Origin: Coniocarpon cinnabarinum
Lineage: Eukaryota
Reading direction: 5' to 3'
Assembly: GCA_051942205.1 (NCBI GenBank)
Contig: JAVECO010000129.1
Coordinates: forward strand, 46,344-66,343
Length of the DNA: 20,000 nt
Notes under the pieces: generated by a model
Told to the model about the DNA's origin: nothing
Databases searched by the model: none
What the model saw: only the letters and a program-made list of their open reading frames with translations
Position numbers and translations under genes: made by a program
Part shown: positions 1-12,000 of the stretch, piece after piece
How the letters are laid out: the number at the start of each line of letters is the position of its first letter
Numbering within the stretch: position 1 is the stretch's first letter

Positions 1-3000
1 CCTGTTATCAATTGGCTGAGGTTGTTCTTCTCTGCTCGGCAAAGACACGTCTTCGGTAGTGTCTAGGATTCCGGCAGAACCCTTCGTAATGCGTTCAGCC
101 GGAGCCAGCTGGGGTGCATCTTCTATGGCCTCGAGACCGAAGGTGTCTCTAAAAGAGCCTAGCTCGGGCTCAGGCTTAGATGTTTCATCCTCGTAGGAAT
201 GCCGTTTCTGCCCGGTTGCTACCATACTAGCATCACCATTTGGCTCTGGCACATCTTCGTCTCCGGGTAGGTCTTCGTCTTCATCCATCTGAGCCATGGC
301 CTCATTGTCATGTTCGGGTATCTCCCCAATCCTTTCTAGCATGTCTTCCACACGCTCTGGGAGATCCTCCATCGATTCTTGCATATCTTCAGCCAGCTCT
401 GGCGACTTTTCAGCAGAAATTTGTTGCGGTGTCTGTTGGTAGAAGTAAGACACGGGCGTGTGTTCGTCGAAAGGATTCTGTTTTTCCTCTATTGGCTCTG
501 CCATCTCTTCGTCATCAGGAGAACGGCTTGTGTCTTCAGAATCAGTTCCAGGCATCTCTTCGATTCGGTTCAGCATTGCTTCAACACGCTCTGGAATGTC
601 TTCCATTGGCTCAGTTGATTCTTCGATGGGTTCTGTCGTTTCTTGAACTGCAGAAGGCGGTATCTTCGTCGTGGAATCATTCACAGGCGTGTCTGTGTCA
701 TCAAAAGGATTTTGTTTCTCCTTCACGGGCTCTGACATCTCCTGAATAGTAATTTGCGGCATGGAGGAGCCATAGATTGGTGTATCTTCGAAGATTTCTG
801 GGTTATCATCAAAAGCTCCTGGCATTCCTTGGTTACGAGGCGTGGGTGTTTCTGCAGCAGGATCCAACGCATCATCATCGGGTGTCTCTGGCGTGTCTTC
901 AATTCGTTTCAGCATGTCTTCGACCCGTTCTGGGATGTTATCGATAGTCTCTGTCGCTTCCTCACTTAGCTGTCTGCGGCCAGGACTGAACAAAGCGGGC
1001 AAATCGTTGTCAGGGCTTCTGTGTGCGACAGGTACGTCCGATTGTTCGAGCGCTGGTACGTCGCCTGCGGCAAGTGCCGTCTGTGCATGTTTAAACTCAT
1101 CCGAATGCTGGCCTTGATCAGAATGAAGAGAAGTTCTATTTTGGCCTGCTAGTTGCAGCTGTGGTCGCTGAGTAGACTCCGAAGCTGCCTCTTGAGGCTC
1201 TTCATAATCTGTCTCGGCTCGCGACGTCGAGTTTCCGGCCTCATCTTCTTGTTCCTGGGGATTACTGTTCCAACGCTCATATGGTAAACGTGATTCTTGC
1301 GAGGATTCCTGCGGGCCGCCTTCCAAATCTTGGCTCCCTGCATCGTGAGCGGCTGTCGATTCGCCACGATCAAGACTTCGCGCTAGTCGACTAGAGTCCT
1401 GTTCAGGCGAATGAAGTTCTTGAGGGAATTCATCTCTTATGGCTGTTGGAGGAGGCTTGCTTGTATCATTTGTGGCTCGCCGTGAAAGTCCTCGATCTGC
1501 TGGGACTGTCGGCTGCGACGCCTCAGCGCGTTTTCCCGGGGCTTGAGTTTCGAGCTGAGCTTGGTGGTCGACTCCCTCTGCGTTCTGCTCCATGTCATGT
1601 ACGTCCCGAGTATCGAATGTCTTGGGAGATGCTTGCGCGGGAGCTGCTTTTCCCTCGATCGAATATGCCTTCTCTTCGCTGCCAGTACTTGCGGCGAAAG
1701 CAGTTTCATACTGGGCCTGTTTTCCCTTTGACTTGCGCGCTTTCTTCTCCCGCTTGAGATCTGCTTTGGATCTGGGAATGTCAGGCCAACTCGGATCAGT
1801 CTCATCGACGCCACCAGAGTACGCATTGCCAGGATCTTCAGTTTCCTGGTCTACCGTTGTTCTCGAGGCGGAATCGATGTCCTTTGCCGAGCTTTCAGCA
1901 GCAGCGTCTTTGACGGGTTCCCCGATAGGTTTTTCAGGCTCCTCCGCATCGAGATCCAGTGGTTTAGACTTTGCTTTGCGCGCCTTCTTCTCGCGCTTCC
2001 GCTCGGCTTTGGATTTGGGGAGCGCTGCTACTGATGCTTGCTCAACGGATGTTCCAACCTCCTCATCGACCTTTGGGAGAGCATCCGGGACCGGGGCTTC
2101 GGAATGCTTTTCGGGCAGTTCTTCAAGAAATTCAGCCTCTGGCTCCTGCGCTTGTCTGTCCGAATCTTTCTGATCGAATGCCGAAGTATCATCCTCAGTG
2201 ATGTCATTTGGAGTCTTCTCATTTGACTCTACCTCTCCAGACTTCGACTTGCGCGCTTTCTTCTCTCGTTTGAGCTCCGCTTTGGATTTTGGTTTGTCAA
2301 TCCATGACGTAGCCTCATTGGCGGTCTCCAGTCGTTGTTCGTCGGCCTCCTCTAAAGATGAATGGAGGTCTTGTTCCGGAGCCGTATTTGAAACCTGATC
2401 GGTAGCGATCGAAAGTCCCTCATTGTCCAGGTTTGGTGCAGTATCTTGAACATTCTCTTGAGACTCATCGACCTTTGCTTCGGGCACTACGTCGTCTTTT
2501 GTCGGAGGTTCCCCAACCGTCTGTAACTGTTTCCCCTTTGATTTGCGAGCCTTTTTCTCTCGCTTGCGATCCGCTTTTGACTTCACTGCGATATTTGATA
2601 CGGAATCTTCCTCGTCCCCCTGTGCATTCTCATCTTCGGCTTTCTGACTCGGTTCTATGATGTTCGTCAAAGCACCGCCGGAGTCTTGGAACGGAATGCC
2701 GGTTTTGCTGCCCGCTAAAGGCTCGTTGTGAGCGACTTGCGTAATCTCCTCTGAGGCTTCCGGGCCTCCCCGTTCAACGCTCAAAAGGGCTCCGCCTTCG
2801 AGATTCTCCGAAGGCTCTCCAGGGACGATCTCTTCAACATTCTTAGACCGCTGCTTGCGAGCTTTTTTGTCCTTCTTGCGCTCGGCGGCGGATTTGGGGA
2901 GCTGGAACAATTCTGAAGGCTCGTCATCTACACCAGAAGTATCTTTGTCTAATCTTGGGCTTATCTCGATGTCACCTTTGGTGTCTCGCTCAAATTCCTT

Positions 3001-6000
3001 GCCGGGAGTTTGGTTCTCATTGTCAAGCACATTCCCATTGATAATGTTACCTGAGGATTGGTCGATATCTCTCTGTAAGGAGTTTTCACGATTTTCGAAA
3101 GCATTGTTCGAGGACTCTTGAGGAGCCTCCTCAGTCACACTCTCTCCCTGTCCAGATTTCTTTTTCCGGGCTTTCTTTTCTCGCTTGCGTTCGGCTTTGG
3201 ACTTCGGCTGAGTGTATGACTCTAGATCTTCTTCCGCGACCTTTTCGGTAATTTCATCGAGCTGTCTAAGAGCCTCTTCGTCAATCTGGTCTGGAACCTC
3301 ATCATCATTGATTTCAGAAAGTCGGGCGTCCGTGCTCTCGGATAAGATATTTTCAGGAACCACATTGAGTCCCCTGTCTAAAGAAGCTTGAGTGTCTTCA
3401 GAGACTTTGCCAAGAGCTTGTGGTTCTGTGGCCTCAGATACGGTAATTTCTGGAGCTGCACCAGCATCGCTGCCCAGATTGCTCTCAGGATAATTCTCAG
3501 GAACTTCGTTAACGCCTTGGAGCCAGGCGGTTTCGGTGGTCTTTGTGGTCTGTGGAGTCTGCGGAGTTTCAGTCAAGACGCTTCGTGGAGCTGGCTCATC
3601 ATTTCGCTCCAGACTTTTCTGAGAATGATCCTTGAGTGTTTCCGCGGTGGCTCCGGCCTCTGCGGTCTCAATATGGGCAATTTGAGGAGCTGCTTCAACG
3701 TTCACATCGAGGATTTTATGGATATCATCTGCGCCGTCTTCCTGGGTCACTCGCGGACCTTCAAACTCAGGTACAGCCAGTTGCGGAGCTGTCACAACAT
3801 TCGTATCTGGATCTTCCTCAAAATCACCCTCATGAACTTCCTCAAGACCTTGGGTCTCTGCAAGCTCAGATGTGTCGGCCTGTGGAGCTGCCTTGGCAGT
3901 ACTGCTTAGGCCTTTCTCGAAACCACCCTCAGGGTGTTCCACAAGATTCTCGGGCTTCACAGACTCAGATGCGACGGTCTGTGGAGCCGCCTCAACATCC
4001 CGGTCCCGAATCTGCTGAGAATCAACCTGTACAGGCTCCTCGTCTTGAGTTTGTGCAACCTGCAACTCATGGCTTCGTGGAACTGACACAACATGTCTGT
4101 CCAGATCCTCCTCGAATTCGCCCTTGGGCGCTTGCTCGAGAGCTTGACACTTCATGGTTTCCGTAATGGCGCCTCCGGGAACTGGGTCGATAATGTCTTC
4201 CGCGAGTTTCTCATCATCGCCTCCAGTTGCTGCCTCGGAGAATGTATCTGGTCTCTGAGACTTTCGAGCCTTTTTCTCACGCTTGCGATCCGCTTTCGAT
4301 TTGTATTGGAATGGAAATACAGGACTCTCTTCAAGATCGCCATTCTCAGATTTGACATCCACGTTTTTCGAAAGGTTCTCTGGCGCTTCCTGAGCAATTT
4401 CCTCCTGAGGAGGCTGCTCAATGGCGCCATCTTGCTGGCGCGACTTAGATTTGCGAGCTTTTTTCTCACGCTTCCGGTCCGCCTTTGATTTGGGGCCATT
4501 AATAAATGGCACTTCCTCGACAATGACCTCACGATCTCCCTCAAAAATCTCCTCATCAATCGCTTTTGAAGATGGACTGGCAATCTTTTCTGGAGACATC
4601 TTGAGAGCACTCTCGCCAGACGCTTCTGCAAATACATTGGTCGAAGTGTTTTCCAATGAAGCTTGTGTTGAGTTCGCAAGTTCATTTCCTACGACCGCTT
4701 GACCGTTGTCCTGCGAGTAGTCCTGTATGTCGCGTTTTCCAAGCTTGTTGGCAGTGCCTGCAGCAGCTTCTCGGAAATCCGTCCGTGCGGCTTGCTCACT
4801 GCTCGGCTCGGCGACTCCTTCGACGAAGCTGTTTGAGCTTTCTGGACGAACTTGCTTTTCATGTAAGTCTGCCGTGTTAACGTCGTTTGTTTGCTCGTGC
4901 AAAGCGGCCTCCGGCTCGTTTTGATCTACTTTAGCTGTTTTGTCTTGAGGCACATGTCCAGGAGCTTCTTCAATAAATTTCTCAGCAACGACTTCATCTG
5001 GCGTGGCGGCCATCATTTCTTCCTGTGTCGCATGAGGAACAGTCTTTGGAGAAGCTTCGCTATCAGCATCGCTGGCCGTGGAACCCTCAAAGACATACGC
5101 GGAAGCATTTTCAAGTGAGTAATTCTCGAGACTCTTTACTGGAAGTTCTCCATCAGGCGTTTTCAGTTGAAAGGCCTCAGGTCCTTCTGCAGACGAGCTC
5201 CCTTCAGGTGTGCCAGTAAGAACTTCATGGAAAAGATGATCTCTGCGAGAAGTCTGAGAAGTCAAGTTGTCGCTATTTGCGAGGTGACTAGCCGGGTTTT
5301 GAGAAAGTTCCTCAACATCCTCGATGTAGGCCGTACCCGCTGTCAGATCATCATCCTCGCTCGCAAACCAGTTGCTGTGACCTTCCTCTGCTAAGCTAAG
5401 CCTACGATCTTGGAAGGCATCTTCCGTCACGTTCTTTCCAGCATCGTTGCGCTCAAGCTTTTCGCTTTGCGCAAGTGGGAAATCGACTCGTTCTCGAAGA
5501 GACAGTTTATCTTGAAGCTGAAGAGCCGCGGCTGCGCCGGTCATTGCGGCAGCTCCTGCAATTATGGTTCCCATACTGGTCGCAGAACCTGACTGACCAT
5601 GTTTCGACACCATCTCAATTCGATCTTGGGTCTCGCCCAGGACCCCTTCCTCCATTGATCGCATTTGGTCATCTGCACGTGCAGATTCGAAGAAATCTGC
5701 CTGATTTGAGGGTTCAACAGGAGACGCAGTGGTGGCTCGCGGGGTAGTCTGCCCTGAGCCAAGATAGTCGTGCTCGAAGCCACCTGTGTCGGCATGAGAC
5801 ACTGCAGGCACAAAATAGTCTGATTGGACAGACGGTGGTATGTCTGGTGATTCCAATGCGGATTCATAAGCATCCTTGTCTGACATTGAGTGAATAGATG
5901 GAGCACGAGAGTCACTATTGCTTGAAGGAAGCGACGGTAACATTTCTTGAGGCTCTAGAGTCTTACTATTCCGCTCTACCAGATACAGTGGACGATATTC

Positions 6001-9000
6001 GCCTGAGATTGGCCGGGAAGACGGACGAGGACGGTTTGTTGAGGTAGGTGATACAGTCCTATTTTCAGTGGGCGTCTGTGCATCGAAATGCCGAGGAAAT
6101 GAAGGTGAGTCTGGGGGTTTCTTAAATCGAAGAGGTATGGCCGTTTTCGAAGGCGTTCGGGGGAGTTGAGGAGTTTGCGGAGCGCTGGACGAGCCAACAC
6201 TCATCCATGACTGTCGTTTAGAAGATTCATCAGGACTGGACCGATCTTGATCCGTTTCAGGGCTTGTGCCGAAATTTGGTAAATCGGCTGGTTCAAAGGG
6301 ACCTACACCATCACCAAAACTGTTAATATCACGGTTGGAAGACCTGGGTGTGCCAACTGGTTGCTGCATTTGGTGATGATCCTCTGGGAATTCGACATTG
6401 TGTATGCGCAAGCCAGTCGGAGAATCACCAGTCTCTTGAACATTGGTAGATGGGTAGCTTTGCGGCAAGTGGGCATCCTGAGAGTGATCCCTCGTTAGGA
6501 TTTCACTGCCTCGTAGCCCACTCTCAGCTAGATCTTGCTCGGCAAGGGGGCTGCGTTCACGTTCTTGTACCTCTCGTTGGTTCTCTTGGTCTTGTCCATT
6601 GGCATTCGAGTGCGAATCGTCCGGTAAGGTTCGCATAGTTCGCATAGTGTCATCCTGCTCCTTTTGTAAGTCAAATGTGTTCTCTAAGGAATTCTCGCCC
6701 CACCAACGGTGTGAGAGATTCACCTTGTCTACCAAATATTGGGAGCCCGTACCTGAGTCGTCTTGGAGGAAATCTTCGTGCCTCGAAGCACTAGTACCTC
6801 GAAAGCTTGCGGTTCGATCATCGTCACCTTCACCTATTGGCTCGTCCCACGAACTTCTTTGCGCCTTCTTTTTCTGCTTCTTGCGCTCTTTTTTAGAAAG
6901 ACCCTGTGAGACGGGTAACTCGTCGACAGGTCCGGATTCGTCCTTGTTTGCAACGTCCGATATATTCTTGTAGGTACTGGAAAATGATTGAGGTGTCTCA
7001 TCGAGACTGAAGCCTGCGAAGCCTCTCTGTTCCCGCTGATGCTGCTGCGAAGGCTCAGCGTCGTCGTCATCGAACGTGACAGATCGCGACTTCTGTTTTT
7101 TCTTTTCCTTCTTCGATTTCTTTGACGTAGGCATGGCCCATTCCTCATCTACAGGATCAGAGCGGGCTTCAGGAACTGGTTCATCCCTGTTAATATCTTG
7201 AGGCCTGTTGTCACTCTCAAAGCCTGCGTGTTGATTTTCCTCCTGCTTGGCTGGTGTTGGCAGATCTGTGCCCATGCTGTCATCGTCAAAAGCCGCATAC
7301 TGATTCTTCTGCTTCTTAGCCTTCTTTGATTTTTTCGACGTCGACATGTCCCATTGGTCTTCCACAGGTTCAGGACGAGACAAGGGCGCGGACGCTTCTC
7401 TGCTAGCGTAAGAGAGCTGTTGAGACGCATCATTTTGGATAGACTCGACCTGGGCTGGCTGGCTCGGTTTATCGACGTCATCAAATGTTAGTGATGCCGG
7501 CTTTTGCTTCTTACCTTTCTTCGACTTTTTGGAACCAGGCAAGTCCCACGAGTCGACAGTGGTATCCGAACGTGGTCCAAAGCCAGACTCGGCTTCGTCA
7601 AACGCAGAAGACCTTCCGTCGAAAGCAGAACCTGTTTCGACCTCGTCTTCTGGTTCACGCTGAGCAGGTTGTTCCGCCTCCCAAGGCTCTTCAAACGTGA
7701 CCGTGCGTGACTGCTGCTTCTTACCTTTCTTAGACTTCTTAGTAGAGACGGGCGTACTCCATTCCTCGTTCGCATGCACAGCGGAAGGTTTGTCAGCATC
7801 GCCGCTTCCTGCCGACACAGCAATTTCGTTACTAGCACTGGCATCTTCAAGATCGATATTGCTCCTACCATCTTCAGCTCGCTGGCTTTCACTGTCCTCG
7901 ACCAATGGCTCGTACACCTTGTCTTCAGCCTCCCAAGAAACTCGCTTGTCTTGCTTCTTGGATCGCTTTGAATTCTTAGAATATTTATCAGATGTGCTCC
8001 ATTCGTCAGTAGCAGCAGAAGCAGGTCCGGGCTGACGATCTTCCCGCTTCTCATCTGCGTGTGGGCTTTCTATCTTATCATACCGTAGGCTCGTATCAAA
8101 CGTCTCGAAGGCTCCAGGCATAGATGGACCTGGGACTTCTACGCCATTACTCCCAGTGCGCGAAGTCTTAGACGCAGTACCCGCCGTGTCACCTACGTTT
8201 TGCGAGGCTTCGTAATCATCAGCAGGTCTTGAGCTAGCCCCCACACGTTTACTTTCGTCTTCAAGCTCGCGCAGGTCATTCGACGTTGCTTGATCATCTT
8301 GTCTCTTCGATTCAGATTTCTCTGAGTTTTGTTCTGCATCGGAAGAACGCAGACTACCGCCAATGGCCATAGCTAAGCTTGCCCAGCGGGATTGATTCTT
8401 CGAAGGTGGAACACCCCTCCCGTTGGCCACTGTTTCCGAGGCGGGAGGATGCTCATTGAGGTCGCCTTTCTGGCCATGAGCTGCCACATCGTCACGAAGT
8501 TTTGGCTGGGTATCCGCGTTCTCTAGCTTTGATTGAGCGTCAGGGGCACGTGAGATTTCTGCGTTGTTATATTGAGCCTGATCTGCGAGGCTGGCGCCCT
8601 GTGAATGACGAAGCTCTCGAGCAATTGGTCTGTCGTCGTGGCTGTCCGTGGCCTCTATTCTGGCATCATCTTGTTCACGTACATCTCTGCGCTCATTCCA
8701 AGTTGTTGCAGAGACTGCTTCTGGTTCTTGGAAGGTTTCTTGGGATTTCACATTGGGAAATGAGCCTTCAGAATGTCTAGAAGAAGGTACAGAAGCAGCA
8801 TAATCTTCGAAGTCTTCGGACGCTTGCCAGGATTGCGCTCGAGAATCAATTTCTTTCGATGGTGGGTTGGGACGTCTGTGTAAAGATGTGCGAGACACAT
8901 TGGATTCGGAATGTTCGTGCGCATTGCGAGACGGCTCTGGAGAGTTATCATCCTGGCTTTGGGACTCAAACCGTCTTGGAGATGGTAAGGAGGCCCTCTG

Positions 9001-12000
9001 TGAGGCGCGAGACTCGCTACGAGGCGGCGTAGGAGCTATAACTTGAAGTCGAGGTACCATGTGTGACGGTAATGATGGTCTGCCTGTATCTGAGAAGTGT
9101 CCAGCGTCGATGTCGTCAGGGTCGGGATTTGATATCTTGCTGTATACATTCTGATCATCATCTCGAAGCTCCTTGGGTCTCCAGAAATCCGAAGCAGAAG
9201 ATGAAGAGCCCTGGGTGTATTTGTCTCGCCAATCGTGGAGGACCTCAGCAGTCTCTTTATCATTGCGAGCATTTTCTCTAGCTTGTCTCCTCTTCTTGAA
9301 AAAGTCGGGCTGGAATTTCTCGTGGTCCTTATCTTCGTCGTCGCTGGAATCATGTGCTGTAGCAGGTCTGCGAACTTGAAAGCTAGAACTTGACTGCAAA
9401 GCGAATGTCGGAGAAGGGGGGCTTCCTCTCCGTGGTGCTTGTGAAACGTCATCGTTGTGATAGGTCTTAGACTCTGCTTCGTAACCTGGAAGTTTGGGGA
9501 ACGGTGTAACGGCTTCTGCTACTCGAGACGTTTGTGGCTGCTCGGGAATCTGCGCTGTGTGTGATTGGGTAGGCGCAGCTTCCACATGATGATCATAATC
9601 ACTACGTTTGACGTCCTTCCGACGTACAGAACCAAGGTCCCCTTGCTCTTGATGCCTTTCGCTCATGGCAGCACCCATTAGCGAGGTGGCGGCCGTTGCA
9701 GCGACAGCAGCTGCGGCAACTTTGCCGGCTGAGGATGACCTTTCTACATCATTGTAGCCTGCAGGGCGCTCTTGGGAGTCTCTAGGCGCGGCAGCTTGTT
9801 CTTCTTCATCCTCGGAGGTCGATCGAGGTGAAGGAAGAGGACTTTTGCGAATCGTTTTCCGGGGCTCTGTCTGAGACAACTTGGCTTCTTCAGCTGGATG
9901 TCGAGGAGGATATTCGGAAGCAGGGCTGCGAGCTTCCCCATCAGTACCACGCACACGCCGAGGAATGATGGGAGCATCTGCGAAACTGATCCTACGAACA
10001 GGTCCGGGGGGAGCTTCACCGCCAACAGAGGGTATTTGGGCTGGTTGGCGAGGCTGCGGCTGCTTCAAAGGGACTTCTTCAGTTTTGGAGCGTATGATAG
10101 GTTTCGGCGACGGGATGGCAGACTGATCAATACCAGGCACTTGATTTGTCGTGGCCGCATCCATCAGAGGTTCTTGAACTTGTAGAGGTTCAGAGGAAGC
10201 CCTTCGAAGTGTGGACTGCAAAGGTCTCTCTATTGGAGGTTGAACTTGCGTAAAGGGGTCGACCTGTGATGGTTCACGCTGCGACGGGATGCGCCCCTGC
10301 GATGGGTCCCAGCGCCAATTCCACTGCTCAGTAGCTCGATCAGAATGCGGTGAGGAGAGGGACTTTGTACTGGAATGCGCATGCGAGTGCTCAGCACCAA
10401 AAGCCAAGTCGGAGCTATCACTATTCTCCCCTTCAGATGCGGATTCCCAGCCATCTTCTTCCTGTATAGCACTGGGACGGGAATGATGACCAGGTGGCGG
10501 AGCCAGTCCATGGTGGTTTGTTCGTTTGCTACTTCTTACAGCGTTTCGATCTTTGCCAGCCTCGTGAGCAGCCAGAGCAGCGGCGGCCGTGCCAAGTCCT
10601 GCCAAAGCGATCTTTGCTCGCTCGTCGGAGGACCTACGCGGACGATCACTGTGCTTGAACCTTCGTTCACGTTGCTCTTTTTGTGATCGAGAGGGCACGT
10701 GATCCCTGTTTCCTTCAGAGCTTGAACTAGAATGACTTCGATAGACCCTTGTCTTGCGTTTTCGATGAGACTTCTTCGGCGTTCCAAACATTCGATCGAA
10801 GAAACCTGCATTGTCGCTAGTAGCAGATGATGAAGACGGAGACGAGGGCGATGAGTTCCGTCCCCTCCGACGCTCCGTCTCGATGGAGTGCAAATATGGC
10901 GCCTCATGTCGGTTGCCGGGTGCAGGCCCTGGACGATGTCTACCATATTCGAATGTCTCTCTGATTGACGCATCTGGAGCAAGTCGAGTATCCGCTTGTG
11001 AATCGCGGTGCTTGACGCGTGCGTCTCGGTCGTTTCGAGGAGAAGAGCCTGCTGCTACTCCACCTGTTGCGAGCAATGCCACGTCGCGTTCTGACCGCCC
11101 GAGCGACAAACTAGAATCTCCAGGAATGGAGCTGACCTGCTCTGATTGCGATCGACGGACGCGGGGGATAGAAGAGGCACCTGCCACAGCTTGCATTTGC
11201 TCGCGCGACCGCCGTCGAGCCAGGCCCTCAGAAGCGTGTCTTCGTCTTCGCTTTGCTCCGTCGGAGCTAGACTCGGAGTCGCTTCCTGCGCCGAAAAACT
11301 TCGCGACGCCATAAGCTCCTAATCCAGCACCTAGCCAGCTCGCGTTGCGCTTGTTGTGGCGATGCGAAGGCTCCTTGAGCTGGCTTTGGTATCGACGCTG
11401 CTTGTCAACGCGTATGTTCTCAAAAGATTCCCTAGAACGCATTTTCCGGGGATGATGTGTGCGTGGTGCCTGCCTGGAAGAGGAATTACGGTCAAAGCAA
11501 TATTTGCAGATGCCGATATATTCAGTGTAATCCTCCATCTTGCGGACATCCTCGTAGTCGTTCCACCAAGCAATAAAGCTACTGAAGGCTCCTTTGTTGC
11601 CTTCCTCGATAGCGTATTGTTCATGGTCATAAGTCGAGTGGTTGTTGGGTAGCGGTGGTCGAGATGGAGCATATAAATGTTGTGGAACAGGTGCTGCGGA
11701 GCTTTCCGGTGGCCTCGCATCAGACTGTGAGGTGGAGTTGAAGTGCGTGCTCGACTGGGATATATGAGACTGGCTCAAAAGAGCCGAACCAGCTGTCGCT
11801 GCGGCGGCAGCTCCCACAAGACCACTCGACGAATACTTCTTTGGAGGCTTGCTTGGTCGACTTGGCCTGCTAGGTGCTGGGGAAGTAGCTGGACTGATTC
11901 TAGGGGAGATGACTTGCAAGGGTTGACCGCCGACGGAGGACGAAGCTGGGTAATCAGCGGTAGAAGAGTTGAAGAATTCGGCGGCAGCACCGTGGCCTGT

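Noticed and set aside
1720..4509. Regularly spaced ~45-bp repeats resembling a CRISPR-like or mobile array
   Set aside because: Copies vary mainly at synonymous codon positions, spacers are long and in-frame, and the context is eukaryotic with no cas genes. These are protein repeats.
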